NCBI GenBank assembly: GCA_963793635.1
Contig: CAWCAX010000004.1
Location: 1,276,004 to 1,340,003, forward strand
Direction of reading: 5' to 3'
Length of the DNA stretch: 64,000 nucleotides
Source: an uncultured Planctomycetaceae bacterium
GTDB lineage: Bacteria; Planctomycetota; Planctomycetia; Pirellulales; PALSA-1355
In this document: in pieces, positions 11,252 through 20,988 of the stretch
Position numbering within the stretch: position 1 is the stretch's first letter
Layout: the number at the start of each line of letters is the position of its first letter
Position numbers and translations under genes: made by a program
The notes under the pieces: model-generated
Told to the model about the DNA's origin: nothing
Database searches by the model: none
Seen by the model: the letters and a program-made list of their open reading frames with translations, nothing else

Positions 11252-12626
11252 TCACAGGCAGCCGCCGAGCGATTCGTCGAGACAATCGACCAGGAAGTCG
11301 GCATCGTCGATCGACAGGCACATCGGCGGTTTGATGCGCAGCACGTTGCCGTACAGTCCGCCTTTGCCCAAGAGCAGGCCGCGCTGTTTGCAGCGCTCGA
11401 GCACGGCGGCCGTCTCGGCGCCCGCCGGCTCTTTGCTGGCCCGGTCGCGCACCAGTTCGACCCCCAGCATCAACCCCATGCCGCGCACCTCGCCGATCAG
11501 CGGTTGGCGCTGCTGGAGATCGAGCAGGCGATTTTTCAGATGCGTGCCGACCACCAGAGCGTTCTGCTGGATGTTCTCGCGATCGATGACTTCGAGCGTG
11601 GCCAGGCCTTGTGTCATCGAGACCGGATTGCCGCCAAAGGTGTTGAAGTGGATGCGATTGGCCATCGTGGCCGCGATCTCGCCGCGCGTGGTCATCGCTC
11701 CCAAGGGCGTGCCGTTGCCGATGCCTTTGGCCATGGTGACGATGTCGGGAGTCACGCCCCAATTCTCAAAACCCCAAAATTTGGTGCCCGTGCGGCCGAA
11801 GCCGGTTTGCACCTCGTCGGCCACGCACAGGCCGCCATGCCGGCGGACGATGTCGTACAAGATGCCGAAATATTCCGGCGGCGGCACGACCGCGCCACCC
11901 ACGCCCTGGATCGGCTCGCCGATAAAGCAGGCGATCTCGCCCGGCGTCTCGTAGCGGATGAGCTGCTCCAAATCGTGGGCGCACTTCAATTCGCAACTCG
12001 GATATTCCAAGCCATAGGGACAGCGGTAGCAATAGCCGGGCGTGGCATGCTTGACGTTATGCACCGGCGCCGACTTGAACTTCCAAGTGCCATGGGCCGT
12101 GAGCCCCATCGTGGCTTGCGTGCCGCCATGGTAGCTGTTGCGCAAGGAAACCACTTCCTGGTTGCCCGTAAACTCGCGGGCCGAAAGCACCGCCAGTTCG
12201 TTCGCCTCGCTGCCGGAGTTGGTGAAGTAGCTCACGGTCAAGCCCGAGTCGGCCGGCATGTGCTCTGCCAGCAGCTTGCCGAACTGCCCGATCGTAGGAT
12301 GCAGATAAATGGTGGTGGCGTGTTGCAGCCGGCCGACCTGCTGGCGCACTTTTTCCACGACGTAAGGATGGCAATGTCCGACCGAGACGGTGACGATGCC
12401 TGCGAAGCCGTCGAGATAGCGCTTGCCCTGTTCGTCCCACAGGTATTGCATGTGCCCTTCGACGACCAGCAGCGGATCTTGGTAATAGGTGATCAGACCC
12501 GGCGTCAGATATTGTCGGCGGAGTGCGACGACTTCCTGCTTCGATGGCCCGGCATACTTCTGGGGCGTATGCGCAGATCGGCAACTGGGGGCCCGCAGGG
12601 CGGGTGGGTGGCACGTCGCTTTTCAC
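11252..12626 (-). pseudogene. Class-III (AGXT2-like) aminotransferase. The 5' end is in another frame as sequenced (main ORF 11252..12451).
   Basis: HMQYLWDEQGKRYLDGFAGIVTVSVGHCHP, NSGSEANE, DEVQTGFGRTG, TMAKGIGNG. Conserved N-terminal sequence QKYAGPSKQEVVALRRQYLTPGLITYYQDPLLVVEG continues upstream of Met12451 with no start codon in frame. GTG 12626, with AAGGAG 10 nt upstream, lies in the neighbouring frame. The frames join at the GGGG run 12562-12565. Confidence 0.8.
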
Positions 12627-12694
12627 GGATACCTGGCTCCTTAAGATGGATCGCTGGATTGGATTCTACCCGGCCGGCGGTGGCACACCAGAGA

Positions 12695-13060
12695 TTACAT
12701 CAGAAGGTCCGGGTTGCAGAAGCATGAAGGGATCGACCTTCTGAGGGCCTCAAGCCATTCCTCGCGCAGGGTTCGTTCCTTGGCGGCAATCGACGGATCC
12801 GCTGAAAGCGTTGTCGCTTCGGCATACCACAACGCGGCGATCAAATTGACATTTTCGGGCGATATCTCCTCGAATAGCTTTTGGCCCTTGACGGAGGAAC
12901 GAAGCACTTCGGCGGCCGACTCCAACAAGCCCGAACTGAATTCAGCGTCGCCGGCCAGCGGATGTGTCCACTGCTTCAACAGCAGGCTCACCAGCACTTC
13001 TGCTTCGAAACATCCCGTGAGTCGAAGAGACTGCTTCGCGATGGACATTTTTTGGTTCAT
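12695..13060 (-). CDS. Hypothetical 121-aa helical protein, the third gene of the MTase/GIY-YIG operon.
   Basis: ATG 13060 lies 18 nt after the GIY-YIG gene stop on the same strand. Composition is protein-like and no family was recognised. Confidence 0.45.
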   Translation of the reverse strand: MNQKMSIAKQSLRLTGCFEAEVLVSLLLKQWTHPLAGDAEFSSGLLESAAEVLRSSVKGQKLFEEISPENVNLIAALWYAEATTLSADPSIAAKERTLREEWLEALRRSIPSCFCNPDLLM

Positions 13061-13078
13061 GCAAACAGCCGCACATCG

Positions 13079-13834
13079 CTATCGCTTGACGTTGAACAAA
13101 GGCTCTCGCGAACGAATCAATTCTGACTCGAGCGCGCGTCGAACGCGAGTGGAGGTGTCCGTTGGAAGTAGCTGAATTTCCACGTGGAGCGATTCGGTTC
13201 CCTGTTCCCAAAGCCACCTCGCCAAGCCCTTGTTGTCCGAATGGTCGAGGTGCTTGCGGAGCCTGTTGTTCAAGTTCTCGGCCTCTCCAGCGTAGAGTGG
13301 GCGATCCGAAGTAAAAAACAGATAGAGGCCCTGATGCGACGGTACCCGGGTGAGGTCGACACTCGATATGTCGAGCACGCGCACGTCCTCGGCGCGAACG
13401 ACCCTGGCAAGAAGTTCCGGTGCGAGCCGCTTCGTCTTGCGTAAGGAAAGCGCCGCCCAACGGTATTCGACCGGTGTAAAGCCCGGCGAGATGCGAGCCG
13501 CAAGCTGATCGAACTCTTCGGCAAGCGCTGGATCAGAGATGACCGCGTCCAGGCTCACGCCATCGCGCCGTTCGATAAATCGAGCGGCCATTTCCGCCGC
13601 GAATCGATACTGATCGAGTCTTGGAAAGGTGGATTTCCTTGAATGAAGCCCCCGCAGACCGCCTTGCTTGCGCAAATTCAGCAGCGAGCGATTGAGCGTT
13701 GCCGCGGAAGCGCCGAGGCCGAGACGGGCGCACTCCTCAAGAAAAACTCGATTCAAGTGCGGGTCGGCCACAACACGGTCCGGAGAATACCCCGAGCAGG
13801 TCGCGTCAAATGCCGCCCGCAGATTCGGCTTCAT
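13079..13834 (-). CDS. Stand-alone GIY-YIG nuclease-domain protein with two N-terminal helical repeat modules.
   Basis: UvrC-type motif set GLYLFFTSDRPLYAGEAENLNNRLRKHL ... ALESELIRSREPLFN (G169-L-Y, Y181-A-G, R191, E236, N248). ATG 13834 sits 2 nt after the MTase stop (TAAgtATG). Confidence 0.7.
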   Translation of the reverse strand: MKPNLRAAFDATCSGYSPDRVVADPHLNRVFLEECARLGLGASAATLNRSLLNLRKQGGLRGLHSRKSTFPRLDQYRFAAEMAARFIERRDGVSLDAVISDPALAEEFDQLAARISPGFTPVEYRWAALSLRKTKRLAPELLARVVRAEDVRVLDISSVDLTRVPSHQGLYLFFTSDRPLYAGEAENLNNRLRKHLDHSDNKGLARWLWEQGTESLHVEIQLLPTDTSTRVRRALESELIRSREPLFNVKR

Positions 13835-13836
13835 AC

Positions 13837-15525
13837 TTATCGGTGATCTGGGAGATTGAAGCGCGGGCGATGCCGTTTGACGACGCGCAGTTGATAAGCC
13901 AACCGGTCGCCGAAAAGGCAAGAAGTTGGAAAAAACCGCGCGGTCAGCCGATTCACTTCCTTCTCGCCCAGCGGACATTTCGGGGCAAACTGTTTTTGCA
14001 ATCTGTGCCGCAGATTGCTCGCTTCTCCTGCATACAGAGCTTGTTTGTCCGAATTGGCCACGATGTAAACCCCCGCCTGCTCAGCAAATTTACTCGCACC
14101 AATGGACTCAAGCGAAAAGGCTTTGCTGAGGTGAGCATCGGTCAGTACTTCGGCTCTGCCACGAACTTCTTTGGCCTTCTTGCGCAGTCGCATCGCAGCC
14201 CAACGGTACTCAAGTTCTGAGTAACCGGGGGCCCAACGCTTGGCGATCGCGTCGAACTCGGCCGCCAAAAATGGATCGCAAAGTATGCTGTCCAAACTCT
14301 CAGAACCCGCATCGATCATCTGCCGCCAGGCAATTTCGCTGGCAAACAAGTATTCTTCACAGTCCGTCCAACTGAATTCCGTGCGGCGTGTCGTCGGCGT
14401 GTCGACCAAAAGGCCCGCTTTGCGCATGCCAAACAAAACCCAGTTCCAAGTGCGCGCTTCGCCCGGCAGCCCTAATTGTCGGCAAGCGTCGGCAAGTCGT
14501 TGGTTCAACTGCGGATCAGCGACCACGCGATCCAGTGAAAAGCCATCGTGCGTTTGCCGAAACGCTTCGAGCAGACCGTCGTGCAGCATTCGCGTTTGTG
14601 CCGGCGCTTGCGACGGGGCCTCGTCTGGCTTTATGGCCCGTTGCGCCGCCCGGCGTTTGCCGGTCTTCGGCGTGGCCGGCGCGCTCATCGTCGGTTCGGC
14701 CGCTCCGTCCAAGGGGTCGCCGACACGGATCGACTCCAGCCGGGAATTCCCGCGAAGGACATACTCCGCCGACAAATCGAAGGCCAGATAGCGGCGCCCC
14801 AGCTTCTTGGCCACCGCCACCGTGGTGGCGCTGCCGCTGAAAGGATCGAGCACCAACTCTCCCTCGTCAGAACACGAGCGAATAATCCGGCCCAGCAACT
14901 GCTCGGGCATCTGGCAGCCGTGAAACCCGGCCCGCTCCTTGAAGGTGCCCGCCACACGCGGGAAGTACCAGGTGTCTTCCTCGGGCGTGAAGCAATCGGC
15001 CAGGTCCTGCGGACGCAGCACCCAAGTGTCGTCCGGCAAGCGGCCGTCCGGATTGGCGCGTGAATCGCCATAGACCAACTGTCGGGCCGACGGAATCCGA
15101 TTTTCCAACTCCGCCGAGCGGAACGTGAATTTCTTCGGATCCTTGACGAAATAAAACAAATGCACGTGCGAGCGGCTGAATTTGTGTTTGCAATTCACCC
15201 CGAACGTGTAATACCAGATCACCCAACTTCGCGGGTGGAAGCCGATCTCCTGGCTGGCCAGCTTCAGCTCGGCCGCATAGTCGTCGCCGATCGCCAGCCA
15301 AAACGTGCCTGACGGCTTGAGCACGCGATGCACCGCCTTGATCCAGCGCTTCGACCAATCGAGATAATGCTGACGATCTTTCTTGTCATGATAGACGTCG
15401 TACTCGTAGCCGATGTTGAACGGGGGATCGGCAAAGGCCAGGTCGACGCAGCCCTCGGGCAGCGCGCTGATGGCGTCGATGCAATCCGCGTGGCAAATCT
15501 CATTGAAAGGCTGGCCGGATTTCAC
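13837..15525 (-). CDS. Beta-class N6A/N4C DNA methyltransferase fused to a C-terminal paralog of the downstream GIY-YIG protein.
   Basis: Motif IV is DLAFADPPFN near the N-terminus. Then HGCQMPEQLLGRIIR and motif I VLDPFSGSATT give the beta-class order. GTG 15525 is preceded by AGGAGG with an 8-nt spacer. Residues from about 305 to 562 align by eye with the whole of 13079..13834, including GVYIVANSDKQALYAGEASNLRHRLQKQF and PRFN. Confidence 0.85.
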   Translation of the reverse strand: MKSGQPFNEICHADCIDAISALPEGCVDLAFADPPFNIGYEYDVYHDKKDRQHYLDWSKRWIKAVHRVLKPSGTFWLAIGDDYAAELKLASQEIGFHPRSWVIWYYTFGVNCKHKFSRSHVHLFYFVKDPKKFTFRSAELENRIPSARQLVYGDSRANPDGRLPDDTWVLRPQDLADCFTPEEDTWYFPRVAGTFKERAGFHGCQMPEQLLGRIIRSCSDEGELVLDPFSGSATTVAVAKKLGRRYLAFDLSAEYVLRGNSRLESIRVGDPLDGAAEPTMSAPATPKTGKRRAAQRAIKPDEAPSQAPAQTRMLHDGLLEAFRQTHDGFSLDRVVADPQLNQRLADACRQLGLPGEARTWNWVLFGMRKAGLLVDTPTTRRTEFSWTDCEEYLFASEIAWRQMIDAGSESLDSILCDPFLAAEFDAIAKRWAPGYSELEYRWAAMRLRKKAKEVRGRAEVLTDAHLSKAFSLESIGASKFAEQAGVYIVANSDKQALYAGEASNLRHRLQKQFAPKCPLGEKEVNRLTARFFPTSCLFGDRLAYQLRVVKRHRPRFNLPDHR

Positions 15526-15893
15526 GCCGCTATCCTCCTGGGCTGTGACGGTAGTAAGCGCACCGAAGCTAGCGCAAGTTGGGCGTCAAACGCGGGCGTC
15601 AAACGCTAAAGGCCCGAGTTGCCGACCCGCATCCATCCATGCCCCCGGCAGTGGACATCCGATCATAATCCATCGGGGGCCGGCGAAGCAATCGGCGGCT
15701 TCGACTGCGGAACGTCGCAAACTGCGTAAACGCGGCGGCCACATCTCGATCGACGTGGCGCACCACCGCCGACCGCGGATTTCTCGGGCCGATCGCGCCT
15801 CGATGCCTTGCTGTTCAGCCATTTCTCGGCGTGCTAAACTAAAGCCGATCCAAAGCCTTTCTTGCTGCCGAATTGGGAAATAAGGAGCTTGCC

Positions 15894-16724
15894 GTGTTCC
15901 GCGTCCGGGAACTTCTGTTGGCCGGGCCGCTCTGCGCCGCCGCGGCCGGCCTGGCCTTGGCGCAGCCTCCCGAGCGGCGCGAGAACCGTCCGGGCGAAGG
16001 GGCGCCTGCCGATGGATCCGGCGCGGGGCCAGCCTTTCGCGTGCTGCCGCCGTTTGCCCAAAGAGAACTGCGCCTGTCGCCCGAACAGCAACAACAGATC
16101 GATGCGCTCGAGGCGGAAGTGCAGGCCAAGATGCAAAAAATCTTGACGCCCGAGCAACTCAAACAGTGGGCCGAGCGCCGGTCGGCTCGCGGTCCACGCG
16201 GCGACCAGGCTTCGCCGGATCGCCCCCGCTCGAGCCGCCGCGATTCGACGGCGGATCCCCGAGCCGATCGTCCGACGGGCGCCGACGATGCGCGTCCGGC
16301 CGGGGCCGGCGAGCGTGCCCCCGACGAAACCGATTCGCGCCGCTCGCGGCAGGGTCGCGGGTCTGAAGATCGGCGCGAAGGATCGCCGCGCGGCGATCGT
16401 GCGGAAGGGCCGCTCGAGCGGGTCGTCAAACAGCTCGACCTGACTCCGGAGCAGCAAACCAAAGTCGACGCGACGCTCAAAGAGCACCACGAGAAAGTGC
16501 GCGGTCTTTTCCGCCAGGCGCAGGCCGACCTGCTCGCGCGCATGAAAGAAGTGCTCACCGATGAGCAGTTTCAACAGTTCACCAAGGCGCCGAGAACGGT
16601 CCGCCAGGTTTTCGCCGCAGAGACCGGCAGGACGAGGGTTCCCGCTCCAGCCGCCGCGAGACGCAACCCTGACGCCCTGTGCATTGGACTCGACGCCGGA
16701 ATCGAAAATTCGTCACGCGGCTGA
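15894..16724 (+). CDS. Secreted protein with LTxxQ (Spy/CpxP-like) motifs and a charged low-complexity linker.
   Basis: GTG 15894 lies 6 nt after AAGGAG. Signal peptide VFRVRELLLAGPLCAAAAGLALA. Motifs LSPEQQQQIDALE, ILTPEQLKQW, LDLTPEQQTKVD, VLTDEQFQQF. Confidence 0.55.
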   Translation: MFRVRELLLAGPLCAAAAGLALAQPPERRENRPGEGAPADGSGAGPAFRVLPPFAQRELRLSPEQQQQIDALEAEVQAKMQKILTPEQLKQWAERRSARGPRGDQASPDRPRSSRRDSTADPRADRPTGADDARPAGAGERAPDETDSRRSRQGRGSEDRREGSPRGDRAEGPLERVVKQLDLTPEQQTKVDATLKEHHEKVRGLFRQAQADLLARMKEVLTDEQFQQFTKAPRTVRQVFAAETGRTRVPAPAAARRNPDALCIGLDAGIENSSRG

Positions 16725-16875
16725 CAGCTGGCGCTAGATTATCGCCCCCGGCGCGAGTACGCTGGGAGTGCGCCCGGCAACCCGGCTAGATTCTCACCGG
16801 CCTATTGCATGCCATCCCGCATGCTGCTGCAAATCAACGCGTGCACCCCATAAATCCATTCCAAGCGAGAATCGA

Positions 16876-18306
16876 ATGCTGATGCGAACTGCCTGCCGCG
16901 CGGCGAGTGCGGTGCTGATCGGATTGTCGAGCGTCGTTTGCTCGCCGGCCGCGGCGTGCGCCGACGTCCGGCTGCCGGCGATCTTCTCAAGTCATCTGCT
17001 GCTCCAGCGCGACGTCGAAAATCCTCTCTGGGGCACGGCCGATCCCGACGAGAAACTCAGCGTCAAACTGGATGACCTATCCATCGCGGCCCAAGCCGGC
17101 CCCGACGGGCACTGGGCGGTCAAGCTGCCTGCCACGGCGGCCGGCGGCCCACACAAGATCGTGATCGAGGATTCCGCGGGCGACAACAAGATCACGCTGG
17201 GCGACGTGCTGTTTGGCGAGCTGTGGGTTTGCTCCGGCCAATCCAACATGGAGATGAATCTGAACTCGACCGATCAGGCCCAGCAGGACGTGGCCGCGGC
17301 CGATCATCCGCAGATCCGCTTGTTCACCACACCGCATCTCCGCGCCGACCAACCTCAAGACGATTGCCAGGGCCGCTGGACGCATTGCACGCCCACAAGC
17401 GCCGCAGGCTTTAGCGCCACGGCTTATTATTTCGGCGTCGACGTGCAGAAAGCGCTCGGCGTGCCGGTCGGCCTGGTGCATACTTCGTGGGGCGGAACGC
17501 CAGCCGAAAGCTGGACGCCCCGGCCAGCGCTCGAAGCTCAGCCCACGCTCAAGTACATGGCCGGCGGCGGATCGCAGCTCTACAACGGCATGATTCATCC
17601 CTTGACCCGATTGCCGATCGCGGGCTGTATCTGGTACCAGGGCGAGGCCAACGTCGGCCGAGCGGCTCAGTATCACAAGCTGTTTCCCGTGATGATCGAG
17701 GCCTGGCGGCAGGCCTGGCACCAGCCCAAGCTGCCTTTCTACTTCGTACAGATCGCGCCCTTTCGATACAACGCCGATAGCGGCTTAGCGTGCGCCGAAC
17801 TGTGGGACGCGCAGTTTCAGACCATGCAAACGGTGCCCGACACCGGCATGGCCGTGGTCACCGATTCTTTGAGTCTCGACGATATCCATCCGCGCAACAA
17901 GCGAATTTGCGGCCAGCGATTGGCGCTCTGGGCACTGGCCAAGACCTACGGCAAAACCGGCCTGGTTTACTCCGGTCCGATCTTCAAGCAAGCCCAGGCG
18001 GAGCTGCAGGTCGACGCCGACACGATCCGTCTTTCGTTCGACTCGGTGGGGAGCGGTCTGGCGAGTCGCGACGGAAAGCCGCTCAGCGATTTCACCATTG
18101 CCGGCACCGATCAGCGATTCGTGCGGGCCACGGCCGTGATCGACGGCGACACGATCGTGGTTCACGCCGACGGGCTCTCCAAGCCGGCCGCGGTGCGGTT
18201 CGGCTGGAATGAGGCGGCCGAGCCGAACCTGATCAACAAGGAGGGCTTGCCCGCATCTCCGTTTCGGACGGATGATTGGAAGCTGGTCACGGAAGGCCGC
18301 AAGTGA
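16876..18306 (+). CDS. Sialate O-acetylesterase-like SGNH hydrolase.
   Basis: Signal peptide MLMRTACRAASAVLIGLSSVVCSPAAACA. Then LPAIFSSHLLLQRD and the catalytic block GELWVCSGQSNME. WYQGEAN is further on. Confidence 0.8.
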   Translation: MLMRTACRAASAVLIGLSSVVCSPAAACADVRLPAIFSSHLLLQRDVENPLWGTADPDEKLSVKLDDLSIAAQAGPDGHWAVKLPATAAGGPHKIVIEDSAGDNKITLGDVLFGELWVCSGQSNMEMNLNSTDQAQQDVAAADHPQIRLFTTPHLRADQPQDDCQGRWTHCTPTSAAGFSATAYYFGVDVQKALGVPVGLVHTSWGGTPAESWTPRPALEAQPTLKYMAGGGSQLYNGMIHPLTRLPIAGCIWYQGEANVGRAAQYHKLFPVMIEAWRQAWHQPKLPFYFVQIAPFRYNADSGLACAELWDAQFQTMQTVPDTGMAVVTDSLSLDDIHPRNKRICGQRLALWALAKTYGKTGLVYSGPIFKQAQAELQVDADTIRLSFDSVGSGLASRDGKPLSDFTIAGTDQRFVRATAVIDGDTIVVHADGLSKPAAVRFGWNEAAEPNLINKEGLPASPFRTDDWKLVTEGRK

Positions 18307-18417
18307 AGGCCCCTCCGAGAGCCGCCGGGCCGGTTCCCGGATAGGCTCTAGCACGATTCTCTTCCGGTCTTGACGGCCTTTGCGAATCGTCGGACACTTG
18401 CAGTTGGATCAGCCCAA

Positions 18418-18499
<82 letters not shown>

Positions 18500-18513
18500 T
18501 CTGATTCAACACA

Positions 18514-18550
18514 AAGGGCTTGCGGCAAATCGCTGCAAGCCCTTCTTCGT
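18514..18550 (+). terminator. Hairpin downstream of tRNA-Leu, a possible intrinsic terminator.
   Basis: AAGGGCTTGC...GCAAGCCCTT is a 10-bp stem followed by CTTCGTT. The U-tract is weak. Confidence 0.4.
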
Positions 18551-18569
18551 TGGCAAAATCGAATCTCCC

Positions 18570-19080
18570 TCAATTCTCCCCACTTTTTGAATCCGCAGGA
18601 TTTCCTTCGGGCTTCGATTTGGCGTTTTGCTGGGGGTGGCCATTCTGGTTTTGAATGGCGTCCATCACTTGGTCCGAGATCAAGGTCTCATTGAGATTAA
18701 CGTAGTGCTGCCGCATCGTTTCAGGGTGGCAGCCAAAGGCGATGGAAGCGGCGTCGTAACCAATCCCGGCTTGCACGGCCCTGGACATCGCCGTGCCACG
18801 CAGATTGTGGAGTTTGAATCGCTTCAATTCGGGATGGGTCCGCAGATACAAGCTGAGTTCGTCTTGGAGCCATTGCTTCAACTGCTGCGGCGTGAAGCGC
18901 TTAATCGTGGCCGCATGGTGCGGCATACCCCCTCATGGGTCTGCTGGACGTTGCGTGCAGGGAAGAAGAATCGGTCGATCATGACCCAAGTGGCCGCTGA
19001 CTTACCTTTGCCAGACGATTTTGATGATGCCGCTTTCTGCCGCTTGGGAATTGGACGCTTCTTTATTGGCGGGAGACTTT
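18570..19080 (-). pseudogene. Decayed tyrosine-recombinase (integrase) gene adjacent to the tRNA.
   Basis: ORF 18570..18926 has the C-terminal catalytic region LHNLRGTAMSRAVQAG...GCHPETMRQHYV. Upstream integrase-like pieces (KIVWQR, GKSAATWVMIDRFFFPARN) lie in other frames, with stops between them. Confidence 0.6.
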
Positions 19081-19112
19081 GAGGATTCCCGTGGGCGGAT
19101 CATCGCCGCAAC

Positions 19113-19346
19113 TTGTACCCGGACTCGTACTCGATCCAGGCGCACGCGGGTATTCCGAAGGCCCGGCAGTACACTTTCAAGGACTGCCGCAGCACGTGCG
19201 CGACGCAGTGGTTCGCGGATGGAGAGTCAAGGCTGGTGGTCAAGGACTGGCTGGGGCACGCTTCGGTGACGACGCTCGAACCCTTCTACGCTCGGATAGA
19301 GGCTGCTCGCCGTGCTGCCGCTGGTCGGCGAAAGGTGGTGGGCTGA
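19113..19346 (+). pseudogene. C-terminal remnant of a second integrase family (copy A).
   Basis: YTFKDCRSTCATQWFADGESRLVVKDWLGHASVTTLEPFYA. There is no N-terminal or core domain. Homology to copies B and C stops about 45 nt after the stop codon. Confidence 0.6.
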
Positions 19347-19451
19347 ATCTCAGGCGGCCTCGCGAAGTCTTCCGGCGTGATGCAACCCATTTCCATCAGC
19401 TGTGCCGCCCGGGCCGGCGAGCAGGCGCAGCCTCGTTGATAGCGCGCCGTG

Positions 19452-19913
19452 CTAGGACGAGCGGTTTCTGGAAAGCAGCGGAAAATCGATTTGGACTTCG
19501 CAGCCCGGCGAGTTTTGCGGCACGATAATTCGGGGCAGATCTTCTGGTGCCAACTCGGGCACGTAGCTCTCGCCTGGCGAGCGGGTGTAGGCCGAGGGGG
19601 GCGACTTCCAGCACTCGATATTCACCCGGTATTCTCCGGGATACAAGCCGTCGCCAGGGCGGAACGTGCTCGCCTTGAAGCGGCCATCCGTGCCGAAGGC
19701 TGCTCGACCAGGGCGCCGCGGCACGCCGGCCTCCCCCGCAATCGTGGCGAAATACAGCTCGCCCACCGCCGGCCAGTCGCCGCCACCATACGTGACCCGA
19801 CCCGAGACGGGCGTCAACTCGGGGTGCCGCGGGCGACAGCCGGCAACGAGCGCGCCGCACACGACCGCCAGACAGCCCGACAGACGTTGCCAAGCGGCGA
19901 GCCGGCCGGACAT
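19452..19913 (-). CDS. Small lipoprotein, a typical partner gene downstream of DUF1559 proteins.
   Basis: MSGRLAAWQRLSGCLAVVCGALVAGC carries a lipobox. Then a beta-sandwich-like VSGRVTYGG...GEYRVNIE. Confidence 0.6.
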   Translation of the reverse strand: MSGRLAAWQRLSGCLAVVCGALVAGCRPRHPELTPVSGRVTYGGGDWPAVGELYFATIAGEAGVPRRPGRAAFGTDGRFKASTFRPGDGLYPGEYRVNIECWKSPPSAYTRSPGESYVPELAPEDLPRIIVPQNSPGCEVQIDFPLLSRNRSS

Positions 19914-20004
19914 GGGCTGTCTCCGTTCCCGGTTGCGAATAGCTGTCATGGCTGGTCCCGTGGCAAGCCAAGCGGCATCTTGTTTGCGCTGCGCGAAGGT
20001 GCGC

Positions 20005-20982
20005 TTAGTCGGGCAGGTGGCAGATTTCGCCGCCGCTGCGCGTGCCCAGTTGGTTGTAAAGTTGATAGTTGATCGCCTCGTCAACGAAGTGTACGCTGCC
20101 GTCGCCGGTCACGAAGTTGGCGCCGCCTGGATGCCAGCTCTTGAAGCCGCAATCGCTGGCCCAGCTGCCCCAGACGGTCGACACGCTGCCGCCATCCGAC
20201 TCGAAGACGTTAAGCGGAGTGCCGGTGCCCGACAGGGGATTGTTGTTCGAATAGGCTCCCATCCAGACGCAGTCGCCAGGCAGCGATTCGCCCACCATCC
20301 AGGTGTTCGCCAAGCCGTCAGTCACGTCGCGAAACCGGACGATCGGCTTGGCGTCCCGACCGAACATGCCGACGGAGCTTCCTTCAGGATAGCCGTAACC
20401 CGGATCGGAACCATAGTTGTTCCCCTGGCAGCAGTAGTTGCCCGGGCTGGGCGTCGAGACCTCGCAAAAGAAACACGAATCCATTTGCGTCGGCCCGATC
20501 GATGCCGGATACCACAGCCCCAGCGCCAGCGGGGGGTTGTTTTGTGCGGCCCGGTCCATGATCGGATTGGGTACCGTCGAGTCGCTGGGACAGACATAAG
20601 TCGAGATCACGGTCTGGACCGCGCAGGTTGACTGGATCGCTCAGCGCGTAGTGAAAGTCGAATAATTCGTACGTGGATTGCTCCTCCAAAAAGGGCAAGA
20701 TCATCGCCGGCCACGTGCCGGTGCGCCCTTCTGCACGGTTGAATCCCAATAACCGGTGGCAAACGGCAACTGCTTGTGCACGTCGTGATAGTGGTGCATT
20801 GCCAAGCCGATCTGCTTGAGATGATTGCTGCATTGGGCGCGCCGGGCCGCCTCGCGCGTCGCTTGCACGGCCGGCAGCAACAGCGCTATCAGGATGCCGA
20901 TGATGGCCATCGCCACCAAGAGCTCCACCAGGGTGAAGCCCGCGGGGTGCAGTGCAGTTGTAGCAATCTGTCGTGCGCACAT
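20005..20982 (-). pseudogene. DUF1559 protein with a prepilin-type N-terminus and two compensating frameshifts as sequenced.
   Basis: N-terminus [53 protein letters not shown] (ORF 20701..20982). The middle [29 protein letters not shown] is readable only in the frame of ORF 20384..21175. The C-terminus VISTYVCPSD...HPGGANFVTGDGSVHF is back in the first frame (ORF 20005..20610). Confidence 0.7.
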
Positions 20983-20988
20983 GGTAAG

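Noticed and set aside
18370-18398. TTGACG-N17-GACACT upstream of tRNA-Leu, considered as its promoter.
   Set aside because: The spacing is plausible, but the -10 is poor and nothing is known of promoter consensus in this lineage. It is not supportable as a feature.
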